This document shows positions 12,995 through 25,119 of a stretch of 64,000 bases of DNA, piece after piece (the stretch's first letter is position 1; each line of letters opens with the position of its first letter). The notes under the pieces were generated by a model that was given only the letters and a program-made list of their open reading frames with translations, was not told where the DNA came from and ran no database searches. Origin of the DNA: the human T2T-CHM13v2.0 reference genome, Homo sapiens; the NCBI RefSeq assembly GCF_009914755.1, contig NC_060935.1, one strand, 5' to 3'. The translations under genes were made by a program, and so were the position numbers.

Positions 12995-14804
12995 AGGCAT
13001 ACTCCTCTTAATATAGAAAGATAACGTTTATAATCCCTCCCCAGTTTGCTTTGGTTACTGACCTTTTTCCATTTCACCAGGGCTCAAGAGGAGCAACAAG
13101 CACCCGCATGGAGTGTATTCTTTACCTCCGTTCTTTTTTGTTTTTAAACTTGAGTCCTAAATTTTGTTAATATATGAGGAAAAAAGCCCTTTCTGCGGAT
13201 GGCTGACAGCAGGAATGACTGATGTTATCCTTCATATAACACTTTGTTCCCTGTCTTAAGTTAGCCTTCTCTTTGATAGAGGTGCATTGACATAGCAATA
13301 GCTTTAACCCAATAAAGCTCTCACAGAGCTTTCAAAATATGTTACACTAGACCAAAACAAGAAAGTTTCAGGAATTGCCACAAAAAAACTCTTAAATAAT
13401 TATTTTAAAATGCCTGTACTTGCACTGTTGATATCTATTATAGTGTGATAATCAGAGGGATATAAATTATTTGTTCTTTTAATTTTTATTCAACTTTCTT
13501 CAGATAATAATATGAGGCTCCAAAGGGTTTACAATGATACAACTTAAAGACTGTGCACTTTTTGACCACCATAGCAGATATTCTTCTGAGTACACCACAG
13601 TTGCATTGGCATTATTGAGCTTTTTCCCACGTGTAAGAAAACAGGGTGCTTAGCTGCATTCAAAATCAAACATCAGCTGCGAAAAATGTTCTCTTTTCTG
13701 ACAGTTCCATCATGAATATTACCTATGCACACCAAGACCAGTCAAAACGATAGCGAGAATACATCAGATATAATTAAGCTTTGTATTTGAATACCTTTTT
13801 CTCAAGACTCATTCCAGAGCATGACACTATATTTGTGGAAAGTTAATAGATACAAATTTATATTTAATGTGACGTGTCATAGTTTATTTATTCTTTGATC
13901 CTCAAATTATTTTCCCTAGACAGTGAATTTAGTAAGATATAAAAAGCAAACATTGGCCTTCTTTTGGAATTTAAATGGACTTAATGTGTGGTTAAACAGT
14001 GGATTAATTATGTAACAATTCCAGAGATCATTAATGAATGCATTGCTAGTGTGGGAATTTTTTAAAAAGAAAAGTGCTATACCAGTGCCAGTCAGATTTA
14101 CTTAGTTTGATTTTAAAAGCTAAGTTTCAAAATAGTTTGGGCATAAAATGTTGTCTTTATGAGAACATTTTTCTGTTTGCAGTTGTTTTCAGATGCCAAA
14201 TTTCAAGGGCTGTTTACAGGCTCAATTAAGGGGTCAAGTACTTAATACCCAAACTGGTTAATTGCACCCATTATTACTCAGCCAATGAAATTACAGTAGC
14301 ATACCCAAACAAGAAAGCACCACTGAAAATGAGTCCTCATAAATTTCTCCTAGGACCTCCTGCACTGAAAATGACATCATTTTTATTTTAATAAGTGGGA
14401 TAAGTAGGAATTATAATAATATTTTCTTTTTCTTCATTTCCATTAGCACAAAGATTTTTTTTTCGAATGTCACAAGTGAAAGGAGCCATTTGGCTCCGAT
14501 TTCAGTACCAAGGGAGACCACTTCAGTGGCTTTTAACAGAATTGGCTAGTCCAGAATAAGTGAAAATGTCAGTGTATTCAGATCCACTGAGCCATGAAAC
14601 CAAATGTGGTGCCACTTTGCTATTATATTATAAGGGAAAAAAAACAAACATTCAAATTTGTCCTGCTTTTAAAAGATTTGATTAATATATGTTTGTAAAT
14701 AACCGTTTACGTAAGTAAAAGCAAGTGTTAATACTGGCTCAGAGTTTCTTGATTAAGCTATGAAAATAGCATCAATTTATGTAATTTCTATTGAACAGAG
14801 AGAT

Positions 14805-14885
14805 ATCTTGATAATCATTGAATCCAAACCCTTCGCTTTAGAGAAATAGAAAATGAGGCTGAGAGATAGAAAGCCACTTGCCCGT
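14805..14885 (-). mobile_element. MIR/MIR3 fragment
   Basis: 'atccaaaccc...gaaaatgaggctgagaga...cacttgccc'. Confidence 0.55.
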
Positions 14886-15272
14886 TGTCAAACAACTGAG
14901 ACTCTACAAGCCTGCCATGTTTTGCTGCATCCTGTTTTCTGATGCTGCAGTGCAGGCCTTTGAATTCCCTCTGTAACTGTGCCATGCAGTTCCGTATACC
15001 TAGAGCTCACCATGTCCCTTTCACCATTGCTTTCAAACGTCCTTTTAAAGGAAATTTTTCCTAGCTCTAAGGATATAATCTTTCCTTGCTCTGTATCCCC
15101 ATAACCCATTGTTATCTAACCTTCAGGATCTAAAATAGATTCACTTTTCTTATTGTTATATATGTGCTTGCCTTAACCCTTTTTTTTCTACCTTCATTAT
15201 GCCACAAGTTTTTTTGAGAGCAGAAAATTATTTTACTTAACTTTGATAGTCTATATTGTATCTAATATGTAA

Positions 15273-15320
15273 TCCAGCCTGGGTGACGGAATGAGACTCT
15301 GTCTCAAACAACAACAACCA
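15273..15320 (+). mobile_element. Alu 3'-terminal fragment (~48 bp)
   Basis: 'tccagcctgggtgacggaatgagactctgtctc' followed by (CAA)n tail. Confidence 0.85.
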
Positions 15321-15467
15321 ATTCAATTCTCTAAAAACCTAAAGACCTGGAGCCTATAGTCAGAAAGAATGCTGTCTAAAGTTGAATCAATCTGATGGGA
15401 ATATTAAGGCTATTTAATCCCCATCTAGTATATTATATTTACTGTGATACTGTATCATGTGTGATGC

Positions 15468-15930
15468 TGTTGATTGCAAGTAATAGAAAACATGCTAAAA
15501 TAGCTTATTAATAAGGACATTTTATTATTTAAACAGAATTTTCTAGGCAGTGTCATTTCATGGTTGTTTAACTGAGCAGCTCAATAAACCATTTAAAACT
15601 GCTTATTTCCAATGTACTATTTTGCCATTTGCTTTACACTGTCCTCAAGGTTGCAAAATTGGAACTATATTTTCAGGTACTTCTTACAAAAATAACAATA
15701 TATGCCAGCAAATTGAGTCTATTAATCATCAATTCTTAAAAAATCCTCTCACTTTTCATTGGCTAGAATTCTATCATATGCTCCTTTTTAGTCTGTACCT
15801 ACAGTGATGAATCAGAATCTTTTGGTTAGCTTAACATTAACAGGATTTATTCCTGAGTTCCTTGAGGAAAAATTGGGTATTTTTTTGCAAGAAAAAAATA
15901 AAATAATTATTGAGAATACAATCAACAATG
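15468..15930 (-). mobile_element. Old MLT1 LTR fragment
   Basis: 'ttgattgcaagtaatagaaaac...aatagctta' terminus; 'cattggctagaatt...catatg'. Confidence 0.45.
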
Positions 15931-16151
15931 TTAGGGAGGACACTAAAAAAAAGCTGTTAAGGGATAAAACTTTTTATCATAATATTCACATTTTACTACC
16001 ATCAAATAATTGATTAGAATAATTCAAATAATAAGTTCTATAAGCATGTTAAAATATATATTCTTCCTAAATTTACGAGTCTTTCAAAATATATGTCCAA
16101 TAATAATCTAGTTTCTACATTTAGTGAAGAGAGACTAAGCAGTTAGGAATC

Positions 16152-17155
16152 TGAGTGGAAAAATCATACTCAAAAAGTGCTTTTTTCTCTCTCCTCACTC
16201 AACGGCAATAAACACAGAAGACTTCTGGAACCAAATATGTAAAGGTTTCTCCTCATCAAAAAGCAAGCAATCAATTCTGCAGTGAACACCGCAGCTAGGT
16301 ATCCTTCAATTCAATGCTGACACTATCTACCTGGAGATGGCAGTATCATATCCCACAGGCTGAGGGCTCTGTCCTACAAGACCGTCTCTCACTTCTGATT
16401 CCAATTCCAAGTCCCAAGTTGGTTTATATGTGCTTCTGACCTACTGGATATAAAACTAGAATCACATGAACCCCTGTTCAGGTTTGATTAATTTGCAAGA
16501 GTAGATCACGGAACTCAGGGAAACATGTACTTATGTTTTCTAGTTTATTGCAAAGGATATACATAAAGAGATATATGGGACTGGATATGGAAAATAGTGG
16601 GGAGTTTCCGTATCCTCCCTGGGTGTGCTACCCTCCAGGAGCCTTCACAGACATGTTCAGCTATCTGGAAGCTCTCCCCACCCTGTCCTTTTGGGAGAAT
16701 ATGAAGGTTTTATTACTGAGGTATGATTGACAGCCATATAGAAATGTGACTGGACAAAAAGGGTATGATGTAATACTAATAGATTGAATGGGGGAAACCC
16801 GGCAAGGCCTGTCTGTTCAGATACTTCTTTGCCACTTGGTATAGCATATCATTCTCCAGGGTTTGGGACAGAACTTCTTCTGCAATGGAAGTCTTATGAC
16901 ATACAGTCAGTCAGGGAATTTGCTTATGACCAGCTCCAAGACAGAAAGGTATAAAAAGAGTCCTGCCTTGAGGACAAAAAGGAACTGGTAAAAGGCAGGC
17001 AGGAGAAGGTCAGAGAGAAACATTTTATTTTCTGAGGCCTGCTTCTCAGGTCTGAAGTACCTTAACATTGTAACAAAAGACTGCAACAAGGGCTGTGGGA
17101 AACTGCCCTTGTTACAAGCAAGAAACTGCATGCAAAAACTGCATGCAAAAATCAA
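16152..17155 (-). mobile_element. MER21 (A/B-type) LTR
   Basis: Diagnostic 'tgacactatctacctggagat...cccacaggctgagggctc...ctacaagac' and 'aacattgtaacaaaagactgcaacaagggct'. Confidence 0.8.
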
Positions 17156-17430
17156 TACAAGGGGTCTTCAACAAGTTCGTGGAATATGTGCCTTATGAAA
17201 AAACTGCATGAATTTTATTTTTTTTACTTCGATATAAACTCACACTAATTTGGTCTATCTGAAGAGGGTCTAGTTTGAGGCACTAAGAAGGATTAGACAT
17301 TAGTTTAAAAAGAGACTTTATCGGAGTGTATTAGTCCATTTTCACACTGCTGATAAAGACATACCTGAGACTGGGTAATTTATAAAGAAAATGAGGTTTA
17401 ATGGACTCACAGTTCCACACAGGAGCTTCA

Positions 17431-17632
17431 GGATCAAGCTCCTGAGGTACTTCTTCAAATAATGTAATAGGAGATAGAACATGACTCTAACAGTATGATC
17501 CTGAAGACAAAGCACAGTCAAAGCAATGGCTACCAAGAGATGGAAATAATCCAGTAAAAGCAAGAGCAGATGAGTCAAGAACAAAGGTAATGGCAACGGT
17601 TTTGGGAGAATGCTCAAGGCATTGTGCTTACT
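17431..17632 (+). repeat. 202-bp direct copy of 18223-18424
   Basis: Base-by-base identical except one substitution (cctgaGgt vs cctgaAgt); offset 792 bp. Confidence 0.97.
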
Positions 17633-17784
17633 CACAATCACGCTACAAGGTGAAAGGCACATCTTACATAGCGGTGGACAAGAGACAATCAGAGAGATCT
17701 GAAAGCAGAAATCCCTTATAAAAACATCAGATCTCATGAGATTAATCCACTACCAGGAAAACAGTATGGGGGAAACTGCCGTCA

Positions 17785-17795
17785 TGATTCAATTA
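17785..17795 (-). promoter_or_regulatory. DUX4-type motif TAATTGAATCA in THE1B LTR
   Basis: TGATTCAATTA on + strand; matches TAAYBBAATCA; motif only, function not shown. Confidence 0.4.
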
Positions 17796-20624
17796 TCTCC
17801 CACCACGTTCCTCCCACAACACATGGGAATTATGGGAGGTACACTTCAAGATGAGATTTGGGTGGGGACACACAGCAAAACCATATCACATGTTTGTGTT
17901 GCTCACACAAATCCTTTAAAACAGAAGCAAGAGCATACATAAAATTCATGGTGAAGCTTGGATGGAAGAATGGTGAAATCACTGATGCTTTACAAAAAGT
18001 GTATAAGGATAATGGCCCAATTAAATCAGCAGTTTACAAATGAATAACTCATTTAAGAAGGGAGAAGACCATGTCGAAGATGAAGCCCATAGCATCAGAT
18101 CATCCACATCAGTTTTCAAGGACAAAAAAATCTTGTTTATGCCCTAATTGTAGAGGACCAATGACTAATGGCACAAATCAGTTTCAGACAAGGGAAGTTT
18201 CAGTGGCAAATTTCAATAAGTGGGATCAAGCTCCTGAAGTACTTCTTCAAATAATGTAATAGGAGATAGAACATGACTCTAACAGTATGATCCTGAAGAC
18301 AAAGCACAGTCAAAGCAATGGCTACCAAGAGATGGAAATAATCCAGTAAAAGCAAGAGCAGATGAGTCAAGAACAAAGGTAATGGCAACGGTTTTGGGAG
18401 AATGCTCAAGGCATTGTGCTTACTGATTTTCTGGAGGGCCAAAGAACAATAACATCTGTTTATGAGAGTTTTTGAGAAAGAGAAAGCTTTAGCAGAAAAA
18501 CATCCAGGAAAGCTTTAGTCTTTCTCCAGTACAACAATGTTCCTACTCATTAATCTCTCATCAAACAGAGGCAATTTGGAGAGATTTTTGATGAGAAATC
18601 ATTAAGCTTCTGCCTTAAGTTCTGATTTGGTTCTGACTCCTTTTCATTTCCTAATCTTAAAAAAGTCTTTAAAGGGCTTCCATTTCTCTTCCGTTAGTAA
18701 TGTAAAAAATATAGTATTAACATGTTTAAATTCCCAGGGCCCTCAGCTCTTTAGGGCCAGACTAAATGGCTGTTATCATCACTTACAAATGTGTCTTGAT
18801 CTTATGGAGATTATGTTGAAAATTGTTTTTATTTTATTTAAAATATTTATTTTACTTAATTGTTTTCATTCCAATTTTCCTTGAAATCCACTTGAGTGTA
18901 TGTATACGTACATAAAATATTACAAGAATAATTCAGCACCCCTCCTCAACAATGACATACTTTTCTTTCCCATACCTTTCTTACCCATACCTTGTCTTTA
19001 TTAGTTTGCTATATGTGTATTCATCTGAATGTGTTATATATAATTACTTCATATATTTATCTTTTTTCCAGATGAACTATTATATGATGTATGTTTTTGT
19101 AGTCTGCTTTTTTCTTAAATAATTTTCTGAGTTTAATTATCTTAATACATTTTATCCATGTTAATTGGTTGTTAATCCGTCTGGAATTGTTATTTGTGGA
19201 TAGTAAATATAAGAGTTACATTATTTTTATGACTGATTTTCTCAAACTATTAAATTTTAATAACTGTATTTGTTTTCCTTTGATAGGTATTATTTCTCTA
19301 CAGTATATAATGCTAGCCATATCATATAGTATACCCGTATCTACAAGAGTATTTTTAAGAACTCCCTGTTGTATTGATTTCTCCGTCTCAGAGATGGTAA
19401 TTTTTCAATTCACGTAGCTTTAGAATAAATCTCAATATTGACAAACCAAAGTGACTCACCTTGATTTTCTTCTAAACTGTCCCCAAGAACTAGGAAAATA
19501 GTTCCTAGGAAGACAATAATTGCATCTTCTGTAATGCCTCTGATTGATATTTATATATTTCTCCAAAATATTCACCCATATGTTAAATTTATTTCTAAGG
19601 ATTGCATTATTTTTCATTGTTATTATAAACAATACATTTTATATTTCTTTTTTTTTGGTTTTTACTAATATAAAGTATGTAGTTGATCTGTATGTTAATT
19701 TCACACATAGAAACTTTAAGAACTCAATAATGAAATCTAATCACTTTTCTATAGATTTTCTTATGCTATGCTATCATAGCTTCTTCACATACAGTTTTAC
19801 TTGTTTTCCAATCTTTAGATATTTTGGCTCTTTTCTTGTATTACTGACCCTGGTTACATCTTTGATTCATTGTTGTATTGAACAGGTGATATTGGGCTTT
19901 CTCTTTTTGTTCCTGATCTAAAAGTGAAAGTTTTGACTCTGTAGTTTGCATTTTTTTAAGATAATTCTTATCAAGTTAAGGTAGTTTCCTTTTCCTAAAG
20001 GTATTTATTATTAGTCTGAATTGATTTAAAGTTTTTAAGTATGTATTTTACTAAATTTTTATTGAATAACAAAATGCATGTAACCACATTCATGCAATCA
20101 TCACCTAGATCAAGAAACAGAACATTTAACAATACCCACAAAAGAACCCCTTGTACTCTCTTTCACTCACTTTATCTTTCCTTTCCCTCCTATAAAATAA
20201 AAGATGACTATTGTAATTTTCTAAAATCATAAATCAATAATGCCTGTTTTTAATCTTTATATAAACGTTAACAATATAGTAAATGTTTACTTTGTTATAT
20301 AAATATTACTATTAAATATATTTAATAATATATTAAATATATAATTAATATATAATATATAAATAGGAACATGCCAGATGTACTCTTTTGTTTTAGATAT
20401 CTAGTGCTCAGAATATATTTATGATAGCCACGTTGTTATGTGTAGTTGTAATTATTCTAATTTCATTGATAAATAATATTCATTGTTTTAAATACTATAA
20501 ATTTATCCATTCTAGTGCTGATGGATGTTTGTGATTTTCTGATTTTGTATATCATGAATAGTATTTCTCTGAATATTCATGTACTTGTATTGTTGAGAAC
20601 ATGTGTACACTTATATTGGACACA

Positions 20625-20800
20625 TTTCTTTTTTCTTTTTTTTCTTTGGTTTTGAGATAGAGTCTTGCTCTTGTAACCCAGCCTGTAGTGCAATGGTGTG
20701 ATCATGGCTCACTTTAGCCTCAACCTCCTGGACTCAAGTGATTCTGCTGCCTCAGCCTCCCAAGTAGCCAGGAGTACAGATGAGTGCCACCATGCCCCAA
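20625..20800 (-). mobile_element. AluJ right-arm fragment
   Basis: Poly-T, 'gatcatggctcact...caacctcctggactcaagtgattc'. Confidence 0.85.
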
Positions 20801-21336
20801 TAATCAATATAGTCCTAAGAATGAAAATGTTGAAACATAAATTATGCATATGCTCAGCTTCAGTAAATATTGCCAAATAATTTTTCCAAATGGTTGCACC
20901 AACTTACTCATCCATCAGCTCTCTATGAGAGTAAAGATTGCTATATATTTTCACAAAAGTTAGTATCTACATCTGCCCAGTTATGACATTTACTGAAGAT
21001 TCCTTATGCCTAAGTAATGCTTCCAGGGGAAAAGTGAGTTCAGATATCAGTTGATTTCTGTGGTACAACTCTCTCTAGACTCTAGCTCTTAGTATTTAAA
21101 CTTAGACATTCAACAGCTCTCTGATTCTGTTAAACAGAGGAGTTTAGTCTTTTATCTGGCTTTTCTAGTTGTCTACTCTCCATTCTGTGTGAAAGTGGAT
21201 ATGGCATGTTGGATTTTATTCAATTATTTATGTAAATATATTTAAAAGAGCATGTGATTTTTCTTCCTTAATCTAGAGTTTCTAATGCTAAAATATATTT
21301 TTATTACTTCAATAAACCCATTTTGATTATTATTAA

Positions 21337-21632
<296 letters not shown>

Positions 21633-22230
21633 TATCATTAATTTTTAATAAAATTTATCTTTATTTTATTTCTTCTACAATTTGTTGGGTTTATTTTAAT
21701 TACTTAACTTAGAATTTTGGTTTGCTAATATATAGCTTTTCTTTGTTTCAAATATAAATATTTATATATACAAGTTTAGCTGTAATCACCATCCATGTAT
21801 CTCAAAGTATTAAAATTGAGTATTTGAATTAACTGAAATGTTAATATTTTAATATATATTTGAATATCTATTGTGAATAATTTTTTCAACTCACAATATT
21901 TAGAATTGTGCTTATAATTTCAAAAATATATGGGGTGTTTTTTGTATGATATTATTGAATTCAAACATAATTGAATCATGCTTAAAAACAAGATCTTTGT
22001 AATACAACTTGTGTGAAATCTTCTGAAGTTTGTTTTTGATCTAATATTTGGTTCATTGTTTAAAAATATTTCTTATGTGCTTGAGAAGAATATATACTCT
22101 ATATTTTGGATATGAATTTCTATATATTTTCTGCTTTGCAAATAGTGGTATTATTTAAGTCTTCCACACCTTATTATTTGTTACTCCTGAAGGCTGATTG
22201 TTTTTAAAATTTGCTTTGTGAGTTTGTGTT

Positions 22231-24555
22231 TGTTATGGTTTGTCTCTGTGTCCCCACCCGAATCCCATCGGGAATTGTAATCCCCATGTGTCGGAGGAGG
22301 GGCCTGGTAGGAAGTGATTGGATCATGGGGGTGGATTTCCCCCTTGCTTGTGCTCATGATAGTGAGTGAATTCTTACAAAATCTGATGGTTTTAAAGTGT
22401 ACCACTTCCTGCTTCACTCTCTGTCTCTCTTGCCACCATATAAGATGTGCCTTGCTTACCATTTGCTTTCACCATGATTGTATAAGTTTCCTGAGGCCTC
22501 CCCAGTCATGCAGAACTTTGAATCATTTAAACTTATTTTCTTCATAAATCACCCAGTCTTAGGTAGTTCTTTATAGCAGTGTGAGAATGAACTAATACAT
22601 AATATTGGTTCTGGGAGTATGGCACTGCTATAAAGATACCTGAAAATGTGAAAGCAACTTTGGAACTGGGTAACGGACAGAGGTTGGAACAGTTTGTAGG
22701 GATCAGAAGAAGACAGGAAGATATGGGAAAGTTTAGAACTTCCTAGAGACTTGTTGAATGGTTTTGACAATGAAGTCCAGGCTGATGGAGTCTCAGATGG
22801 AGATGAGGAACTTATTGGAAACTGGAGCAAAGGTCACTGTTGCTATGCTTTGGCCAACACTGGTGACATTGTGTACCTCCTCTTAGGATCTGTGGAAGTT
22901 TTAACTTGACAGAGATGATTTAGGGTATCTGGTGGAAGAAATTTCTAAGCAGCAAAGCATTCAAGATATTTCCTGGCTGCTCCTAACAGTGTACAGCCAT
23001 ATGCATTTGAAAGAAATGATCTGAAATTGGAATTTATGTTTAAAAGGGAAGCGGAGCATATAAGTTTGGAAAATTTGCAGCCTGACCATGCGGTAGAAAA
23101 GAAAACCCCATTTTCTATGGAGAAATTAAAGCTGGTAACAGAAATTTATATAAGTAAAGAGGAGCCAAATGTTAATATTCATGGGAATGGGGGAAAATGA
23201 CTCTAGGGCATTTCAGAGATCTTCACAGCAACCTCTCCCATCACAGACCCAGAGACCTAGGAGGGAAAAGTGGTTTCCTGGGCTGTGCCCAGGACCCTGC
23301 TACTCTGTGCAGCCTTGGGACATGGCACCCAGTTCTCCAACTCTAGCCATGGCTAAAAGGGGCCAAGGTACAGCTCAGGCCATTGATTCATAGAATGCAA
23401 GCCCCAAGCCTTGGTGGCTTCCATGAGGTGTTGAGCCTTCAGGTGCACAGAAGGCAAGAGTTTGGGAACCTCTGCCTAGATTTCAGAGATGTATGGAAAT
23501 GCCTGGATGTCCAGACAGAACTCTGCTGCAGGGATGGAGCCCTTATGGAGAACCTCTATTAGGGCAGAGCACAGGAAAAACATGGTATTGGAGCACCCAT
23601 ACAAAGTCCCTACTGGGACACTGCCTAGTGGAGGTGTGAGAAGAGGGCCAGCATCCTCCCAACTCTAGAATGGTAGATCCACTGACAGCTTGCACCATGC
23701 ACCTGGAAAAGCCACAATCACTCAACATCAGCCTGTGAAAGCAGCCACAGGGGCTGTACCCTGCAGAGTCACAGTGGTAGGGCTGCCCAAGGTTGTGGGA
23801 GGTTACCCCTTGCATCAGCTTTCCCTGGATGTGAGACATGGAGTCAAATGAGATTAATTTGGAGCTTTAAGATTTAATGACTGCCTTGTTGGGTTTCAGA
23901 CTTGCATGGTTTCTGTAGCCTTTTTGTTTTGGCCAATTTCTTCCATTTGGAATGGGAATATTTACCCACTGCCTGTACTCCCATTTTATTTTGGAAGAAA
24001 CTAACTTGTTTTTTGATTTTACAGGTTTCATGGATGGAAGGGGCTTGTCTTGTATCAGATGAGACTTTGGAGTTGGACTTTTTAAGTTAATGCTAGAATG
24101 AGTTAATACTTTGGGACACTGTGGGGAAGACATGATTAATTTTGAAATGTGCAAATGACATGAGATTTGAGAAGGGTAAGGGGGAGGATGATATGATTTG
24201 GCACTGTGTGCCCACTCAAATCCCATTTTAAATTATAATCCCCATGTGTCTTAGGAGAGGCCTGATGGGAGGTGATTGGATTGTGGGAGCAGATTTCCCC
24301 CTTGCTGTTCTTGTAATAGTGAGTAAGTTCTCATGAGATCTGATGGTGTTAAAGTGTGGCACTTCCCACCTCACTCTCTCTGTCTCCTGCTGCCAGGTAA
24401 GACATGCCTTGCTTCCCCTTTGCCTTCTGCCATGATTGTAAGATTTCTGAGGCCTCTCCAGCTATGTGGAGCTGTTAATCAATTAAACTCCTTTTCTTTA
24501 TAAATTACCCAATCTCTGGCAGTTTTTTATAGAAATGGGAAAATGGACGAATATA
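22231..24555 (+). mobile_element. Complete MSTA-like MaLR provirus: LTR 22231-22599, internal 22600-24188, LTR 24189-24555
   Basis: Two homologous LTRs; perfect 5-bp TSD gtgtt (22226-22230, 24556-24560); polypurine tract before the 3' LTR; MST/THE1-internal sequence. Confidence 0.93.
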
Positions 24556-25119
24556 GTGTTCATCTGAGCTTTCACTGTGAGAATTTTGTAAATATAAGGT
24601 CTTATCTGAGGATTTGTCTTTCCACACAGGGTGTGGACTGGCTTCTGTCAGAATTCAAAGTGTTACTATCAATCTGGTCTTAGATTTCCGATTAAATTAT
24701 TTGTATAAGATTGCATTTTTTATATTTTGCTCTGTATCAAATTATCATCAATCTTAGCAATTCTAAGCAAAAAAATTTATTATAATTTATTATTATAACA
24801 TTTATAAATGTTGAGGTTTGTTTCTTTGTTGTGTGTCATAAATTTAGGAGCCCCTTAGCTAGGTGGTTCTGGCTCAGGATCTCTCATGAGGTTATGGATA
24901 AGCCATTGGTCAAAGATGTAGTCTTCCAAAGGCCTTAGTGGGGCTGGGTGATCTGCTTCCCTCAAATGGCTATAAGGAGTAAACCTTGAATCCTTGCTAG
25001 CTGTTGGCAGGATGCTTCGGTTTGTCTTCACATGGACCTTTCCATAGGACTGTTTGATGTTTCCTCACAACATAGGAGGAGATTCCCCCATGATGAATGA
25101 CTGAGAAGAGAGAGAACAA

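Larger units (their letters stand above)
17327..17888 (-). mobile_element. THE1B solo LTR nested in Hsmar2, carrying a ~210 bp insert
   Basis: 'tgtattagtccattttcacactgctgataaagacatacc...ggggacacacagcaaaaccatatca'. Confidence 0.9.
17158..18895 (+). mobile_element. Hsmar2 mariner DNA transposon (defective; interrupted by THE1B, internal deletion near 18170)
   Basis: TA then TIR-like 'caaggggtcttcaacaagttcgtggaa'; translated EARAYIKFMVKLGWKNGEITDALQKVYKDN..KSAVYK (ORF 17858-18043) matches Hsmar2 transposase N-terminus; degenerate 3' TIR ~18870-18895. Confidence 0.9.

Noticed and set aside
13060-13135. Possible splice acceptor (ctttttccatttcaccag) and exon
   Set aside because: No convincing donor or reading frame; such motifs are common by chance.
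17342-18442. Two hydrophobic minus-strand ORFs sharing a long identical peptide (apparent paralogues)
   Set aside because: Antisense reading of the 202-bp Hsmar2 duplication; no coding evidence.
17858-18884. Domesticated mariner transposase gene
   Set aside because: Frame broken by stops, frameshifts, an internal deletion and an LTR insertion.
20290-20365. AT-only palindromes
   Set aside because: Expected in low-complexity TA-rich sequence.
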